In this document: positions 11,047 through 22,935 of the stretch, piece after piece
Layout of the letters: every line of letters begins with the position of its first letter
How positions within the stretch are numbered: position 1 is the stretch's first letter
Source: an uncultured delta proteobacterium
GTDB lineage: Bacteria > Myxococcota_A > Polyangia > Polyangiales > Polyangiaceae
Reading direction: 5' to 3'
Assembly (NCBI GenBank): GCA_963841435.1
Contig: CAWJCS010000006.1
Span: 256,001 to 320,000, forward strand
DNA length: 64,000 bases
Made by a program: the position numbers and the translations under genes
Notes under the pieces: model-generated
Database searches by the model: none
The model's input: the letters and a program-made list of their open reading frames with translations, nothing else
What the model was told of the DNA's origin: nothing

Positions 11047-12222
11047 GTGGTTGTCGTCTGCTTGCTTGGTAGCTCGCAAGCGGCGGCGCAGGACAGTGGT
11101 GCCGAAGTGCCCTGGGTCGAAGTGCACGGCTTCGTCAGCCAGGGGTTCATCCTGAGCAGTCGCAACAATTACCTCGCGAGGTCGCGCCGCGGCAGCTTCG
11201 AGTTCGCCGAGGTCGGGCTCAACGTGACGAAGAACGTCACGGACGATTTCCGCATCGGCATGCAACTCTTCACGCGGGACCTGGGGCCCGTCGGCAACTA
11301 CAAACCACAGTTCGATTGGTTTTATCTCGACTATCGTTTCCGCGACTGGTTCGGCATCCGGGCCGGTCGGACCAAGCTGCCGTTCGGCCTGTACAACGAG
11401 GATAGCGATACCGACTCCGCGCGCGTGCCGATCCTACTTCCTCAGTCGCTCTACCCGACCGGCAATCGCGACGTGCTGCTCGCCCAGACCGGCGGTGAGG
11501 TTTACGGCTATGTGCCCCTCGGAGCCGTCGGTGCCTTCGACTACCGCCTGTACGGCGGGACCATCTTCATCGACGACACCCTCCTCGCCTCACCTGCGGC
11601 GACCGTGACGCGCGTCGATATTCCGTACATCTTCGGCGGCCGGGGCATGTGGGTCACGCCGCTCGACGGGCTGCGTGTCGGCGGCAGCGTGCAGGCGCTC
11701 CGGATCGAGATCGACTACCAGCTGAGCCCCGCCACCGTAGCCGCGCTCCAGATGGCCGGGCAGCTGCCGACGCCCTTCGGAGGGACGTTCGCGTATCGGT
11801 TGCCCTACCTGCTCGGGGTGGGATCGCTCGAATACGCGGCCCACGATCTTCTCCTGGCCGCTGAATACTCGCGCTGGCACACCTCGTATTCCACGGACCC
11901 CAAGGTCGTACCCGACGGCCACGTCACGGCAACCCGCTGGTACGTGATGACGTCCTACCACGTGGCGCCCTGGTTCACCCCCGGCGCGTACTACTCCGCG
12001 TACGACAACGGGAGCTACGGCCCAAGGCTCCGCAACACGTATCAGCACGATCTCGCTGTGACCGCACGTTACGACTTGACCGACAACTGGCTCGTCAAGC
12101 TCGAAGGGCACTACATGCGCGGCACGCTCGGGCTTTCGAGCGAGCTGAACTCGGGCGAGAAGACGGCGCTTCTGGCGCGTGAGTGGGGCGTTTTTTTGAT
12201 CAAGACCACGGCCTATTTTTGA
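11047..12222 (+). CDS. Outer-membrane beta-barrel/porin-like protein
   Basis: Signal-peptide-like start, HGFVSQG, QFDWFYLDY, RAGRTKLPFGLYNE, C-terminal aromatic AYF; start codon uncertain. Confidence 0.75.
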   Translation: MVVVCLLGSSQAAAQDSGAEVPWVEVHGFVSQGFILSSRNNYLARSRRGSFEFAEVGLNVTKNVTDDFRIGMQLFTRDLGPVGNYKPQFDWFYLDYRFRDWFGIRAGRTKLPFGLYNEDSDTDSARVPILLPQSLYPTGNRDVLLAQTGGEVYGYVPLGAVGAFDYRLYGGTIFIDDTLLASPAATVTRVDIPYIFGGRGMWVTPLDGLRVGGSVQALRIEIDYQLSPATVAALQMAGQLPTPFGGTFAYRLPYLLGVGSLEYAAHDLLLAAEYSRWHTSYSTDPKVVPDGHVTATRWYVMTSYHVAPWFTPGAYYSAYDNGSYGPRLRNTYQHDLAVTARYDLTDNWLVKLEGHYMRGTLGLSSELNSGEKTALLAREWGVFLIKTTAYF

Positions 12223-12232
12223 GGATGCCAGC

Positions 12233-12730
12233 ATGCGCTCGGGAGCCGGTGACCGTCATCCTCTCGTCTTCGTTCGAAGCGGCGGGGTATCGCGAAGGAT
12301 CGTGCTCGCTGGACCTTGGCTGTGCCTGCTGTCGTGGACGGAGCCAGTGGCAGCCGACCGTGCGACCACGACGTTCGTCGTCGTTGCGAATCGGGGCGTG
12401 TCCGTGGCCGTCGTGGAACGCACGTTCCTGGCGGACGCATTCTTGAAGAACCGCACGCGCTGGCCGAGCGACGACCCGATTCGGCCGGTCGATCAGAGCT
12501 ACGACTCGCCCGTGCGAAAGGCATTCAGCGAGGCCGTCCTCAAGCGCTCGGTGGCCGCCGTCAAGAACTACTGGCAACAGCGCATCTTCTCCGGCCGCGG
12601 CGTGCCGCCGCCTGCGCTCGATGGGGATGCCGCCGTGATCGACTACGTGGCGTCGCACGGGGGTTCCGTCGGTTACGTGTCGGCCGGTGCGGCGCTCGGC
12701 GAGACGAGGGTGCTCACGGTGAAGGGGTAG
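12233..12730 (+). CDS. Small periplasmic-binding-protein-like protein (phosphate ABC SBP-like family)
   Basis: FVVVAN...FL...W...F...VL...YWQQRIFSGRGVPP...V..YV....G.VGYV family motif. Confidence 0.75.
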   Translation: MRSGAGDRHPLVFVRSGGVSRRIVLAGPWLCLLSWTEPVAADRATTTFVVVANRGVSVAVVERTFLADAFLKNRTRWPSDDPIRPVDQSYDSPVRKAFSEAVLKRSVAAVKNYWQQRIFSGRGVPPPALDGDAAVIDYVASHGGSVGYVSAGAALGETRVLTVKG

Positions 12731-12737
12731 CGGCGTC

Positions 12738-15700
12738 ATGCAGCTTTCCTTGCGCGCGAAGCTGATGTCGATCGTCGGGGCGACGACGGTGGCCTTCGTG
12801 GCGCTCTTGGCCGTCGAAACCTGGCTGGGCGTTCGTCAGGCGGAAGATCTCGACAACGTCGAACGGCGCATGGTGCCGAAGCTCGAGCTCGGGCCGCGGG
12901 TCGAGGCGTCGTTCGCGCGACTCCGCCAGAACATGCAGGATGCCGTGGCAGCACAGGATGCGGTCGCGCTCGACGACACGATCCGGCAACGCGGCGAGCT
13001 AATCGGCACTCTGTCCGCGGGAGACGCCCTCCCCGCCGGTGATGCCGCGCGGCTCCGGCACGCGATCGTTTCCTACCACGAGGCCGCGTACGCCGCGTCA
13101 CGTCGCCTGCTTCGCGGTGAGAGCGGCGAAGCCATGGTCAACGCGCTGGCGGCCATGCAGGTCAAGCAGCGGGCGACCGAAGAGCTGATCCGGCGCACCA
13201 CGCGTCTCGATCGGGGGGAACTTGCTGGCGGCTTCGCAGCCATCCGAGCGGGCGTTGCCTCGAGGACGCGGTACCTGCTGCTGATCGGTGCACTCAGTCT
13301 GGCGCTCGTGCTCGCGCTCGCGAGCTGGGTCGGCCGGGGCATGCTCCGGACTCTCGGCGACATGTCCCGTGGCGTCTCGCGCTTTGCCACCGGTGACTTC
13401 AAGGAATCGATCCCCGTCACGACAGAGGACGAGCTCGGCCAGTTGGCCAAGGAGGCCAATCAGATGGCTCGCAGCCTGCAGCGTTCGGCGTGGCTCAAGG
13501 GCAGCCTTGCAGCGCTCTCGGACGAGTTGCGCGGGGAGCTCGAGCCCGCAGACGCAGCCGCGCGGGTGATTACCTTCCTCTGCCGGCAACTCGAGGCCGT
13601 CGCGGGGCTCCTCTATCTCGAGAAAGCCGGCGTGTTGAACCCCGCGGCGACGTATGCACGGAGCACGGAACGAGGCCTCCCGGCGCCGAGCTTCGCGCAT
13701 GGCGAGGGCCTGCCGGGTGAAGCGGCTCTGAGAAACGAAATCACCGTCGTCGCCGACCCGCCCGGGGCTTACCTCACGGTTCGCTCCGGCGTCGGTGGGG
13801 CCCCGCCCCGCGCGCTCGTCTTCGTGCCCGTGAAACGCTCGGAAAAGACGCTGGCCGTGATCGAGCTGGCCTTGTTTGCGCCGCTCCGCAACGATGCGCG
13901 CGAGCTCCTCGAGTCAGCTCGCGAGATGATCGGCATCGCGATCGACGTGGCGCGCTCGCGCGCCGAGTTGCGCGCCCTCCTGGAGCGCTCCCAGAAACAA
14001 ACGGAGCTCCTGGGCGCCCAAGAAGAGGAGCTCGTGGCCAACAATCGGGAGCTCGCCGAGCAGCAGGAGGAGCTGCGCCGCGCCAACGAGGAGCTCGAGC
14101 TGCAACGGCGGGCGCTGAGCGAACAGAATGCGGAGCTCGAGGAAGCTCGGGAGACGCTGATTGCAAAGGCGAACGAGCTTTCTCGCGTCAGCAGCTACAA
14201 GTCGCAGTTCCTCTCGAACATGTCGCACGAGCTTCGCACGCCCCTCAACAGCATGCTGCTGCTTTCGCACTTGCTTTCCGAGAACGAGGGGAAGAACCTA
14301 ACTGACAAGCAGATCGAGTTCGCGAAGTCCATCCACGGAGCGGGTACCGACCTGCTCGGCCTGATCAATCAGGTGCTCGATCTTGCCAAGATCGAGGCCG
14401 GCCATGAGTCGGTCAACGTGACCGGCGTCGTGCTCGAGGACGTACTGACCAGTCTGAGGCGCCTCTTCGATCCGCTCGCCCAGAACAAGGATCTCGAGCT
14501 CACCCTCGAGGCAGAAACCGGCGCCCCCGCTCACATCGAGACCGATCGGCAGCGCCTCGAGGGCATTCTGGTGAACTTGCTCGGCAACGCCATCAAGTTT
14601 ACCGGGGCGGGCAGCGTTAGACTGCGCGTCTTCAGTCCCCGACCGCCGCTCCCCGAAGGCCTGAAGGAGGGGACGACGCTTGCTTTCAGCGTGTCGGACA
14701 CCGGCATCGGCATCGACGAGGCGATGCGCGAGCGGGTGTTTTCGCCCTTCGAGCAGGGCGATACGCGAGCTGTCCGAAGCTACGGGGGCACTGGGCTTGG
14801 GCTCGCTATCGCCCGCGAGTCGGCCCGGCTATTGGGCGGCGAGCTTGTTCTCGAAGGGTCCAACGGAATCGGCAGCACTTTCACCTGTTACCTGCCGGAG
14901 CGCTACGAGGGCGTCACGCGCGTCGAGCCCGCTCCGGGCGAACCGGGTCGCCGACCCGCCTCCGACGACCGAGCGAGCCTCCGCCCTGCGGACCCGTATC
15001 TACTCGTCGTGGAGGACGACCCCCTGTTCGCCGAGCAGCTCGTCGAGCTCATCCACACGCGACGCTTCCGTGCCGTGGTGGCAGCGACCGGCGGCCACGC
15101 GCTCGAGCTTGCACAACGGCATCCGCCGCGGGGCGTGCTGCTCGACGTGAAGCTACCCGACATCGACGGCTGGACGGTGATGGAGCGGTTGCGTGACGAC
15201 GCCCGCACCCGTTCCGTGCCCGTTCACTTCATCTCGGGCGTCGACACGCCAGGGCGCGCGCTTTCGCTCGGGGCGGTGGGCTATCTGCGCAAGCCTGCAT
15301 CGAAGGACGATCTCGTGGCCGCCATCCGGACGCTGACGCGACCACCGGCCCTGGAGACGGCCAGGGTTCTGGTCGTCGAGGACGACCCGTCCGCGGGCAA
15401 CTCGCTGGTCGAGCTTTTGCGCAGCGCGTCGATGGACGCAACGCACGTCACGAGCGCCGCTGCGACGATCGACGCGCTCACCAACGAGCGTTTCGGCTGC
15501 GTGGTGCTCGACCTCGGCCTCCCCGACATGGACGGTCTTGGCTTGCTCGAGATACTTCGTGAACGCGGCGACCTCGTGACGCCGCCTGTCGTGGTTCACA
15601 CGGGTCGCGCTCTGACCCGTGAGGAGACGCGCCGCATAGAGCGCTACGCAGATGCCGTCGTCCTGAAAGATGGTAGCTCCGCCGAACGCCTGCTCGACGA

Positions 15701-16166
15701 AGTTCGGCTATTCGTCCTCCACTTGAAGGATTCGAACGGAGGTGCGATCAGCGTGGCAGGCGACGTGCTTCCCGAGATCTCCCTCAAAGGCACCCACATT
15801 CTGCTGGCGGATGACGACATGCGCACCGTCTACGCCGTTTCGGCTTTGTTGCGCGGCAAGGGTGCCGAAGTCCTCGTCGCCGAGAACGGGCGCGAGGCGC
15901 TGGAGGCGCTGGCCGCTCACCCGACTCTAGGTGTCATCCTGATGGACATCATGATGCCCGAGATGGATGGCTACGAGGCGCTTCGACGGCTGCGTGCGGA
16001 CGCTCGTTTCGCAAAGATCCCGGCCATTGCGCTCACGGCGAAGGCCATGAAGGGAGAGAGAGCGCGCTGCCTCGAAGCGGGCGCGACCGAGTACCTCACC
16101 AAGCCCGTTGACCCGGCTCGCCTGCTGACTCTACTCAAGGCCTGTCTGGAGAGCACGTCCGCGTGA
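12738..16166 (+). CDS. Membrane hybrid histidine kinase (HAMP-GAF-coiled coil-HisKA-HATPase-3xREC)
   Basis: Two TMs, DELGQLA HAMP, FLSNMSHELRTPLN H-box, GGTGLGL, three receiver domains. Confidence 0.92.
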   Translation: MQLSLRAKLMSIVGATTVAFVALLAVETWLGVRQAEDLDNVERRMVPKLELGPRVEASFARLRQNMQDAVAAQDAVALDDTIRQRGELIGTLSAGDALPAGDAARLRHAIVSYHEAAYAASRRLLRGESGEAMVNALAAMQVKQRATEELIRRTTRLDRGELAGGFAAIRAGVASRTRYLLLIGALSLALVLALASWVGRGMLRTLGDMSRGVSRFATGDFKESIPVTTEDELGQLAKEANQMARSLQRSAWLKGSLAALSDELRGELEPADAAARVITFLCRQLEAVAGLLYLEKAGVLNPAATYARSTERGLPAPSFAHGEGLPGEAALRNEITVVADPPGAYLTVRSGVGGAPPRALVFVPVKRSEKTLAVIELALFAPLRNDARELLESAREMIGIAIDVARSRAELRALLERSQKQTELLGAQEEELVANNRELAEQQEELRRANEELELQRRALSEQNAELEEARETLIAKANELSRVSSYKSQFLSNMSHELRTPLNSMLLLSHLLSENEGKNLTDKQIEFAKSIHGAGTDLLGLINQVLDLAKIEAGHESVNVTGVVLEDVLTSLRRLFDPLAQNKDLELTLEAETGAPAHIETDRQRLEGILVNLLGNAIKFTGAGSVRLRVFSPRPPLPEGLKEGTTLAFSVSDTGIGIDEAMRERVFSPFEQGDTRAVRSYGGTGLGLAIARESARLLGGELVLEGSNGIGSTFTCYLPERYEGVTRVEPAPGEPGRRPASDDRASLRPADPYLLVVEDDPLFAEQLVELIHTRRFRAVVAATGGHALELAQRHPPRGVLLDVKLPDIDGWTVMERLRDDARTRSVPVHFISGVDTPGRALSLGAVGYLRKPASKDDLVAAIRTLTRPPALETARVLVVEDDPSAGNSLVELLRSASMDATHVTSAAATIDALTNERFGCVVLDLGLPDMDGLGLLEILRERGDLVTPPVVVHTGRALTREETRRIERYADAVVLKDGSSAERLLDEVRLFVLHLKDSNGGAISVAGDVLPEISLKGTHILLADDDMRTVYAVSALLRGKGAEVLVAENGREALEALAAHPTLGVILMDIMMPEMDGYEALRRLRADARFAKIPAIALTAKAMKGERARCLEAGATEYLTKPVDPARLLTLLKACLESTSA

Positions 16167-16989
16167 GCGTCGAGGACGAGCCCGAACGGATCGAAGTCGA
16201 GTTGCTCCTCGAGGCAATCAAGCGCCGGTACGGTTACGATCTGGCTCAATACGTGCCCGGCTCGATGGTGCGCAGGGTGCGCGCCGCCCTCGCTCGGTCT
16301 GGGCTCGAGCACCTGGGCAACGTCCAGCATCGGCTGCTGCACGACCCCGAGTGGTTTTCCTCGTTGCTCGACCAGCTCACCGTCCAGGTCAGCGAGATGT
16401 TTCGGGATCCGGGCTTTTATCGGTTTTTTCGCGAGCGGGTCGTGCCGCTGCTTCGCACCTACCCGGAGCTTCGATTCTGGCACGCGGGGTGCTCGTCCGG
16501 TGAGGAGGTGTACGCGAGCGCGATCCTGCTCGAGGAAGCGGGCCTTTACGATCGAACGCAGATCTACGCCACGGACCTCAGTGCCCGAGCCGTCGCGTTG
16601 GCGAAAGAGGGTGTCTACGCTGCAAACGTCGCGACGAGCTTCGGGAACAATTACGAGCGCTCGGGCGGCTCCGCGCGCTTTTCCGACTACTATTCGGTCG
16701 CGTATGGCCGCATCGCCATGCGTGACGCATTGAAGCGGAACATCGTCTTCTTCCAGCACAATCTCACGCAGGATCACGCCATCGGAGAAATGAACGTCAT
16801 TTTCTGCCGCAATGTGCTCTTCTATTTCGAGAAAGGACCGCGTCGCCGGGTGCTCGAAGTGCTCGCCAACAGCCTCTGCCGCGGCGGCTTCCTGTGCCTC
16901 GGGGCGACAGAGTCGGCGCCCGACCTCGCGGCGGGGACGCTTGTGGAGCTCGCGCCGGGCGAGCGCATCTTCCGTCGCGTCGGGGTCGC

Positions 16990-16993
<4 letters not shown>
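16163..16993 (+). CDS. cheR: CheR-type protein-glutamate O-methyltransferase
   Basis: VSEMFRDP, WHAGCSSGEEVY, IYATD, IFCRNVL motifs; GTGA overlap with the kinase. Confidence 0.9.
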
Positions 16994-18234
<1,241 letters not shown>

Positions 18235-18532
18235 CGTTCGTGCAAAAGCCTTGCTGTAGACGGTCACGCCGTGACTGGAAACGCTGAGCCCTCTCCTCGC
18301 TTTACCGTGCGCGCCGGCCTTCCCTTTCGCCTCCGCGCGACCGATCCCCGGTCACTGGTGAGCACGGACCGGGTTCGTGTCACCCTGCCACCCGGATTGC
18401 GGCTCCGATCCTCCTCAGACGGCCTACTCCGCTCTCGTGCAGACCTGGACGCATCGGTTCCTCGTCCGCCTGGAGCGACGAAACAGCACACCACCGAGAG
18501 CCACGAGGGCGAGCCAGGGGGATGCGGTCCCG

Positions 18533-18750
18533 GGCGTGGACGGGCGCGCCAGGCTGCACCGCTTTCGCTGTCGGCGGACGAAGGAGCCGTACAACGCCCA
18601 GCGAGCAACGGGAGTTGGAGGAGTTGGTGCGGAGGCGGACGGCGCGGGCCGGGCACGTCCGTAGAGCGCGGGTCGTGCTGTTGGCAGCGCAGGGTGTGAC
18701 GTGAACGTGGGGCTCCACGTGGAGGCGCTAGGGGTGAGCGTGCAGCGGTG
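18533..18750 (+). mobile_element. IS630-family transposase N-terminal (HTH) remnant
   Basis: Fragments APLSLSADE / QRELEELVRRRTARAGHVRRARVVLLAAQG* / ALGVSVQ in shifting frames with stops. Confidence 0.65.
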
Positions 18751-18935
18751 AGGGCCGGCACTTTCGCCCTCTGCCTCCCTCCGGCGATCTGGTCGAACAT
18801 CATTTTTTCTGCCCCTTGCCATGACGTTCGGCCGGGCGGGGGGTGCGCCGGAACAGCGGCGGTATTGGGCCGACTTGCTGTGCGCGTCGTACCGTCCTTG
18901 CCCGAGGCCCCGTTATCGGGGAACCTGGAGTCTTG

Positions 18936-20777
18936 GTGTCGTGGGATAGCCGTCGCCCGGCGCGCGCTCTTGCCGCCTGCCTGCTCGCCTTCGTGTGGAC
19001 GATGGGCTGCGGCGAGAGCCAGCGTCAGGGTGGGTCCGCCCGAGCGACCGGCGGCTCCGGCGGCGCCGACGATGGGGGCAAGGGCGGTGCGGGCAGTGCG
19101 GGGACCGGTGTCGGCGGCAGTGCCGGCGGTGGCTCGGGCGGTGACATCTTCGTCGGGGAAGGGGGAATGGACGGTGCTTGCGAGCGCGAGGTCACGCTCC
19201 AAGCAGTGGTGCTCGGCGAGCCGGCACCGTTCGATCTCGTCATCGTGGCCGACCACTCCGATAGTCTCGCCTGGTCGCGCGACGAGCTGACGAGCGGCCT
19301 CCAGAACCTCTTGACCAACGTGCAGGGGCGCTCGGTGCGCGTCTTCTTGCTCACGCCGACGCAATACGGCGCTTCCAGCCAGGCCGCGAACACGGCGTTT
19401 TCCACCACCACCATCGTCGCGTGGCAGGATCCACTGACGCTCGAACCGTTCGAGAACGCCGTCACCGAGTACGTCGAGACGTGCACCGATCCGATGGGCA
19501 TGACGATCGACTGTCCCGAGCCCGCGAGCCAGGTGCTGCGCAGCGAGCATGGGACGTGGAACTTCCTCATACCGGAGCCGATTGCGGTGATCCGGCCGGA
19601 CATGACCGACGCCGAGTTCGCGGACGAGCAGGCCGCCGTCGCCGACGCGATTCTCGCGCTCGGCGGCAAGGGCTCGCCTCAAGAGCAACCGCTCTGCACG
19701 CTGGGTCGCTACGTGAGCCAGCGGGCAAGCATGCTCCCCAAGAATGCCGTGTTCGTCGTGATCAGCGATGAAGACGACGTGAGCGTGCCCGACGACTGCC
19801 TCGTGAGCTTCGACATGTCGATCCACGAGAACGTGACCCAGAGCGGCACGGAGCCCTGCAACGCCGACTGCGACGCCTACCGCTACGGGATGACGGGCGA
19901 CACCTACCTGAAGATCTACCCGTACACCTGCGCGGCATTCTCGGACAAGGGCGCGCGAATCGCCGGCAGCGAGCGAGGCGGCTGGCTCAACGTTCCGTCC
20001 ACCGAAGACTGCACGGGGCTCACGGGCGCCTGCTCTCCCGAGGAGGAAGCCGAGGCTGGAAAGTGGTGCGACAGCGGGCTCACCCTCGTCGAGTGCACGC
20101 GAGAGTGCACGCCCCGGGTGACGCGGTGCGAAGTCACGCTGAGTGACCCGAGCATCGACGCTTGCAACGAATCATTCAGCTACAATGGGCAGACGTGGGC
20201 GAATGTCGCGGCGTACTGCGCCACGCTCGGTACTGGATTTCGCGACTGCTCGGGCGGCGGCGTCAATTACGTGACCTCCACGAGCATCTCGGGCTCGCAA
20301 TCGCACCAAAATCTGATGCCGGGCTCGGACACGGGCGCCGTCGCCAAATACTTCACCTCGCAGGCCGAGGGTGTCTTCGGTGCCGGGCAGTATCTGGTCG
20401 AGGGCATCGTGTTCGATCCGCGCTTCGGCTGCCAGCTCGGCGCCGGCCAGAGCTACGCCACGAACATCGCCGCGGCGATCGGCGACTCGACGCACGTCTT
20501 TTCCCTCTGTGACGCCTACGCTCCCGCACTCGACGGCGTGCTCGACTTCGCCCAAGCGCTCATCGAGACCGAGTTCACGCTCACGCTGAAGGACGACGAG
20601 CACGTGACGGCCGTGGTCGTGATCGACAAGACGGGCTCGGAGCGGACCCTCACGACATCCCAGTACACCTTCGACGAAGCATCGGGGCACCTCAGCATCG
20701 ACAAAAGCGCGATCACCGCCGAGGATGCGAACCTGCGCGTCGAGGTGACCTCGGATTGCAGGCCAGTCGTGAAGTGA
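18936..20777 (+). CDS. Cys-rich lipoprotein with VWA-like domain
   Basis: GGAG + GTG start, lipobox-like TMGC, Gly-rich linker, DLVIVADHSDS (DxSxS), VFVVISDEDD. Confidence 0.75.
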   Translation: MSWDSRRPARALAACLLAFVWTMGCGESQRQGGSARATGGSGGADDGGKGGAGSAGTGVGGSAGGGSGGDIFVGEGGMDGACEREVTLQAVVLGEPAPFDLVIVADHSDSLAWSRDELTSGLQNLLTNVQGRSVRVFLLTPTQYGASSQAANTAFSTTTIVAWQDPLTLEPFENAVTEYVETCTDPMGMTIDCPEPASQVLRSEHGTWNFLIPEPIAVIRPDMTDAEFADEQAAVADAILALGGKGSPQEQPLCTLGRYVSQRASMLPKNAVFVVISDEDDVSVPDDCLVSFDMSIHENVTQSGTEPCNADCDAYRYGMTGDTYLKIYPYTCAAFSDKGARIAGSERGGWLNVPSTEDCTGLTGACSPEEEAEAGKWCDSGLTLVECTRECTPRVTRCEVTLSDPSIDACNESFSYNGQTWANVAAYCATLGTGFRDCSGGGVNYVTSTSISGSQSHQNLMPGSDTGAVAKYFTSQAEGVFGAGQYLVEGIVFDPRFGCQLGAGQSYATNIAAAIGDSTHVFSLCDAYAPALDGVLDFAQALIETEFTLTLKDDEHVTAVVVIDKTGSERTLTTSQYTFDEASGHLSIDKSAITAEDANLRVEVTSDCRPVVK

Positions 20778-20998
20778 GGGCCGAGCCCGCCCGACGTGCG
20801 AGGGGCGGTACTCGACGTTGACGTTGGGAGACTAAGCTGGACCAACCGCTACACCGGGATCAGCTGCGCCCGCCCCGGGGGAACATGGTCGCTGCGAACC
20901 CCGCGAGACAATGCGCCGCCGTGAGGACGCGGTTGGGGCTCACCACCGTCCCGCTGCACTCGAGACTGACGCTCGGGCGTGACTCGCTCTCGGAGTGA

Positions 20999-21214
20999 GA
21001 TGCCCTGCGCCGCCGGATCATTCACTTTGGTGCGTGCGCGCTCGGGGACGCGTGCGACGCGCGGAGCGAGGGGAGCTTCGCGTGCAGCGAGGACGCGAGG
21101 AGCATCGTCAAGTGCTCGGGCGGCCATTTCGTCGCGGACGAGAGGTGCAAGGCGGGGACCGAGTGCCTGGCCGAGCCCAGCAGCACGCGCTGTGGTAAAC
21201 CTGAAAACGCATGA
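20999..21214 (+). pseudogene. 3' remnant of a Cys-rich repeat protein
   Basis: A frame not in the ORF track reads LGDACDARSEGSFACSEDARSIVKCSGGHFVADERCKAGTECLAEPSSTRCGKPENA*, with no start; its stop overlaps the next ATG. Confidence 0.5.
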
Positions 21215-21558
21215 TGCGCGCGGCCGCCGACCTCCTTGCCTTGCTCCGGGCGCTCGCGCTCGTGCTTGGCATGCAGCTTTCGGGTGTCGCGCACTTCGCG
21301 TCGGAGGCGGTGGAGGCGGTCGCGTCCGCGGACGTTCACCACGAGACATGCCCCGCGGACGGTCCGTGCGACGACTGCCCGCCCGGTTGCCCGCGGTGCC
21401 ACTGCTCGAACGGGCTCCGCTCCGTCGCGCCGGAAGCGAGCGCTCCGCTCGTGGGGACGCTCGAGTCGTCGGTCGAGCCGAGCCTCGCTCTCGCGCAGCA
21501 AAAGCCGCCGACTCCCGAGCTGCCGCTGCCCTTCCGCCCGCCTCGTCTCGCCGCGTGA
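21211..21558 (+). CDS. Small exported Cys/His-rich protein (DUF2946-like) upstream of the metal efflux genes
   Basis: Hydrophobic N-terminus, HHETC..CDDCPPGCPRCHC, C-terminal FRPPR. Confidence 0.6.
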   Translation: MMRAAADLLALLRALALVLGMQLSGVAHFASEAVEAVASADVHHETCPADGPCDDCPPGCPRCHCSNGLRSVAPEASAPLVGTLESSVEPSLALAQQKPPTPELPLPFRPPRLAA

Positions 21559-21735
21559 CCTGACGTCGCGGACCTCCGCGGCGCGCCGCGGCCCGACCAT
21601 CACGGGCCCCCAACCGCCAACCCGCTCTTCGCGAGTCCCGGTGCCTCGGCGCCGGTGGCTCCCACGTCTTCCCGGCGCCGGGGCCTCGCAGGCTCTCGGC
21701 ATGCCACTCCCCACTCATTACTCGGGAGTTTCCCC

Positions 21736-22932
21736 ATGTTCCATCGCTCTTGGGCCGTCGTTCTCACGGCGGCCATCGGGCTCCACGTCCCTGCGTGCCA
21801 ACGCACCGTGGAACCGAGCCACGACGACGCTCGCGAGGCCGCGCCCTCCACGAGCGCCGAGCCACCGCACGATCACGGCCACGAGAACCTCACGCGCCGG
21901 CTCGTCGTGACGAAGGAGGTCGTCGAGGCCGCCGGCATCACGGTGGCCGGCGTGAGGAAGGTCGCGCTGTCCGCCGCCCTGAGCCTGCCCGGAGAGGTGA
22001 GCGCGGATCCGGATCGCGTCGCCCGCATCTCCTCGCCCGCCGCCGGCCGCATCGAGGCCGTGAAATTCCGCGAGGGGGAGCGCGTGAAGAAGGGTGAGCC
22101 GCTCGTCGTGGTTCGGGTGCCGGAGCTCGCGAAGGTGCGGGCCTCATACCTGTCGAGCCTCGCGAAGGCGAAGTCGGCGCACGTGAACGCCACGCGCCAG
22201 CGCGCGCTGTTCAGCCAGGGGCTCACCGGCGAGCAGGAGGCGCTGAACGCGGAGACCGAGGCGGAGGCGCTCGACATCGAGGCGCGCTCGACGGCTCAGC
22301 AGCTCGGCGCGCTCGGCGCCGGAGCGGCGGGCTCGTATTCGATCACCGTCAGCTCGCCGCTCGACGGCATCGTCGTGTCGCGGGAGGCGGTCGTCGGTCA
22401 GCCGGCGATCGCCGAGCAATCGCTCGGTACGATCGCTGACCTTTCGGAGGTCTGGTTTCTCGCGCGCGTGTTCGAGAAAGACCTCGGGCAGCTCCGGACG
22501 GGCGCGCCGGCCGAGGTGCACCTGAACGCCTACTCGGGCGAGCACTTCGCGGGCACGGTCGAGTACGTCGGCCAGCAGATCGATCCGGTGGCGCGCACCG
22601 TGACGGCGCGCGTCCGGCTCGAAAACCCGAAGGGCCTCTTGCGGCTGGGGCTGTTCGGCACCTGCCAGGTGTCGATCGCCGGCGCCGAAGCGGCAGGGAC
22701 GAAGCTCGTCGTCGCGCACGAGAGCGTCACGGATGTCGGCGGGAAATCGGTCGTGTTCGTGCGAGAGAAGGACGGCGCCTACGAGCTCCACGAGGTGACG
22801 CTCGGGCGCGAGGCGCTCGGCAAGGTGGAGGTGCTGGGAGGCCTGCGCGAGGGCGAGGAGGTCGTCACCGACGGGGTCTTCACGCTGAAGAGCCTGGTGC
22901 TGAAGGGCTCCTTCGCCGAAGAGGAGCACTGA
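21736..22932 (+). CDS. czcB: RND efflux membrane-fusion protein (CzcB/CusB family)
   Basis: His-rich N-terminus, G.I..V....GE.VKKGEPL, SPLDG.V, ADLSEVW, IDPVARTV. Confidence 0.88.
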   Translation: MFHRSWAVVLTAAIGLHVPACQRTVEPSHDDAREAAPSTSAEPPHDHGHENLTRRLVVTKEVVEAAGITVAGVRKVALSAALSLPGEVSADPDRVARISSPAAGRIEAVKFREGERVKKGEPLVVVRVPELAKVRASYLSSLAKAKSAHVNATRQRALFSQGLTGEQEALNAETEAEALDIEARSTAQQLGALGAGAAGSYSITVSSPLDGIVVSREAVVGQPAIAEQSLGTIADLSEVWFLARVFEKDLGQLRTGAPAEVHLNAYSGEHFAGTVEYVGQQIDPVARTVTARVRLENPKGLLRLGLFGTCQVSIAGAEAAGTKLVVAHESVTDVGGKSVVFVREKDGAYELHEVTLGREALGKVEVLGGLREGEEVVTDGVFTLKSLVLKGSFAEEEH

Positions 22933-22935
22933 GCG

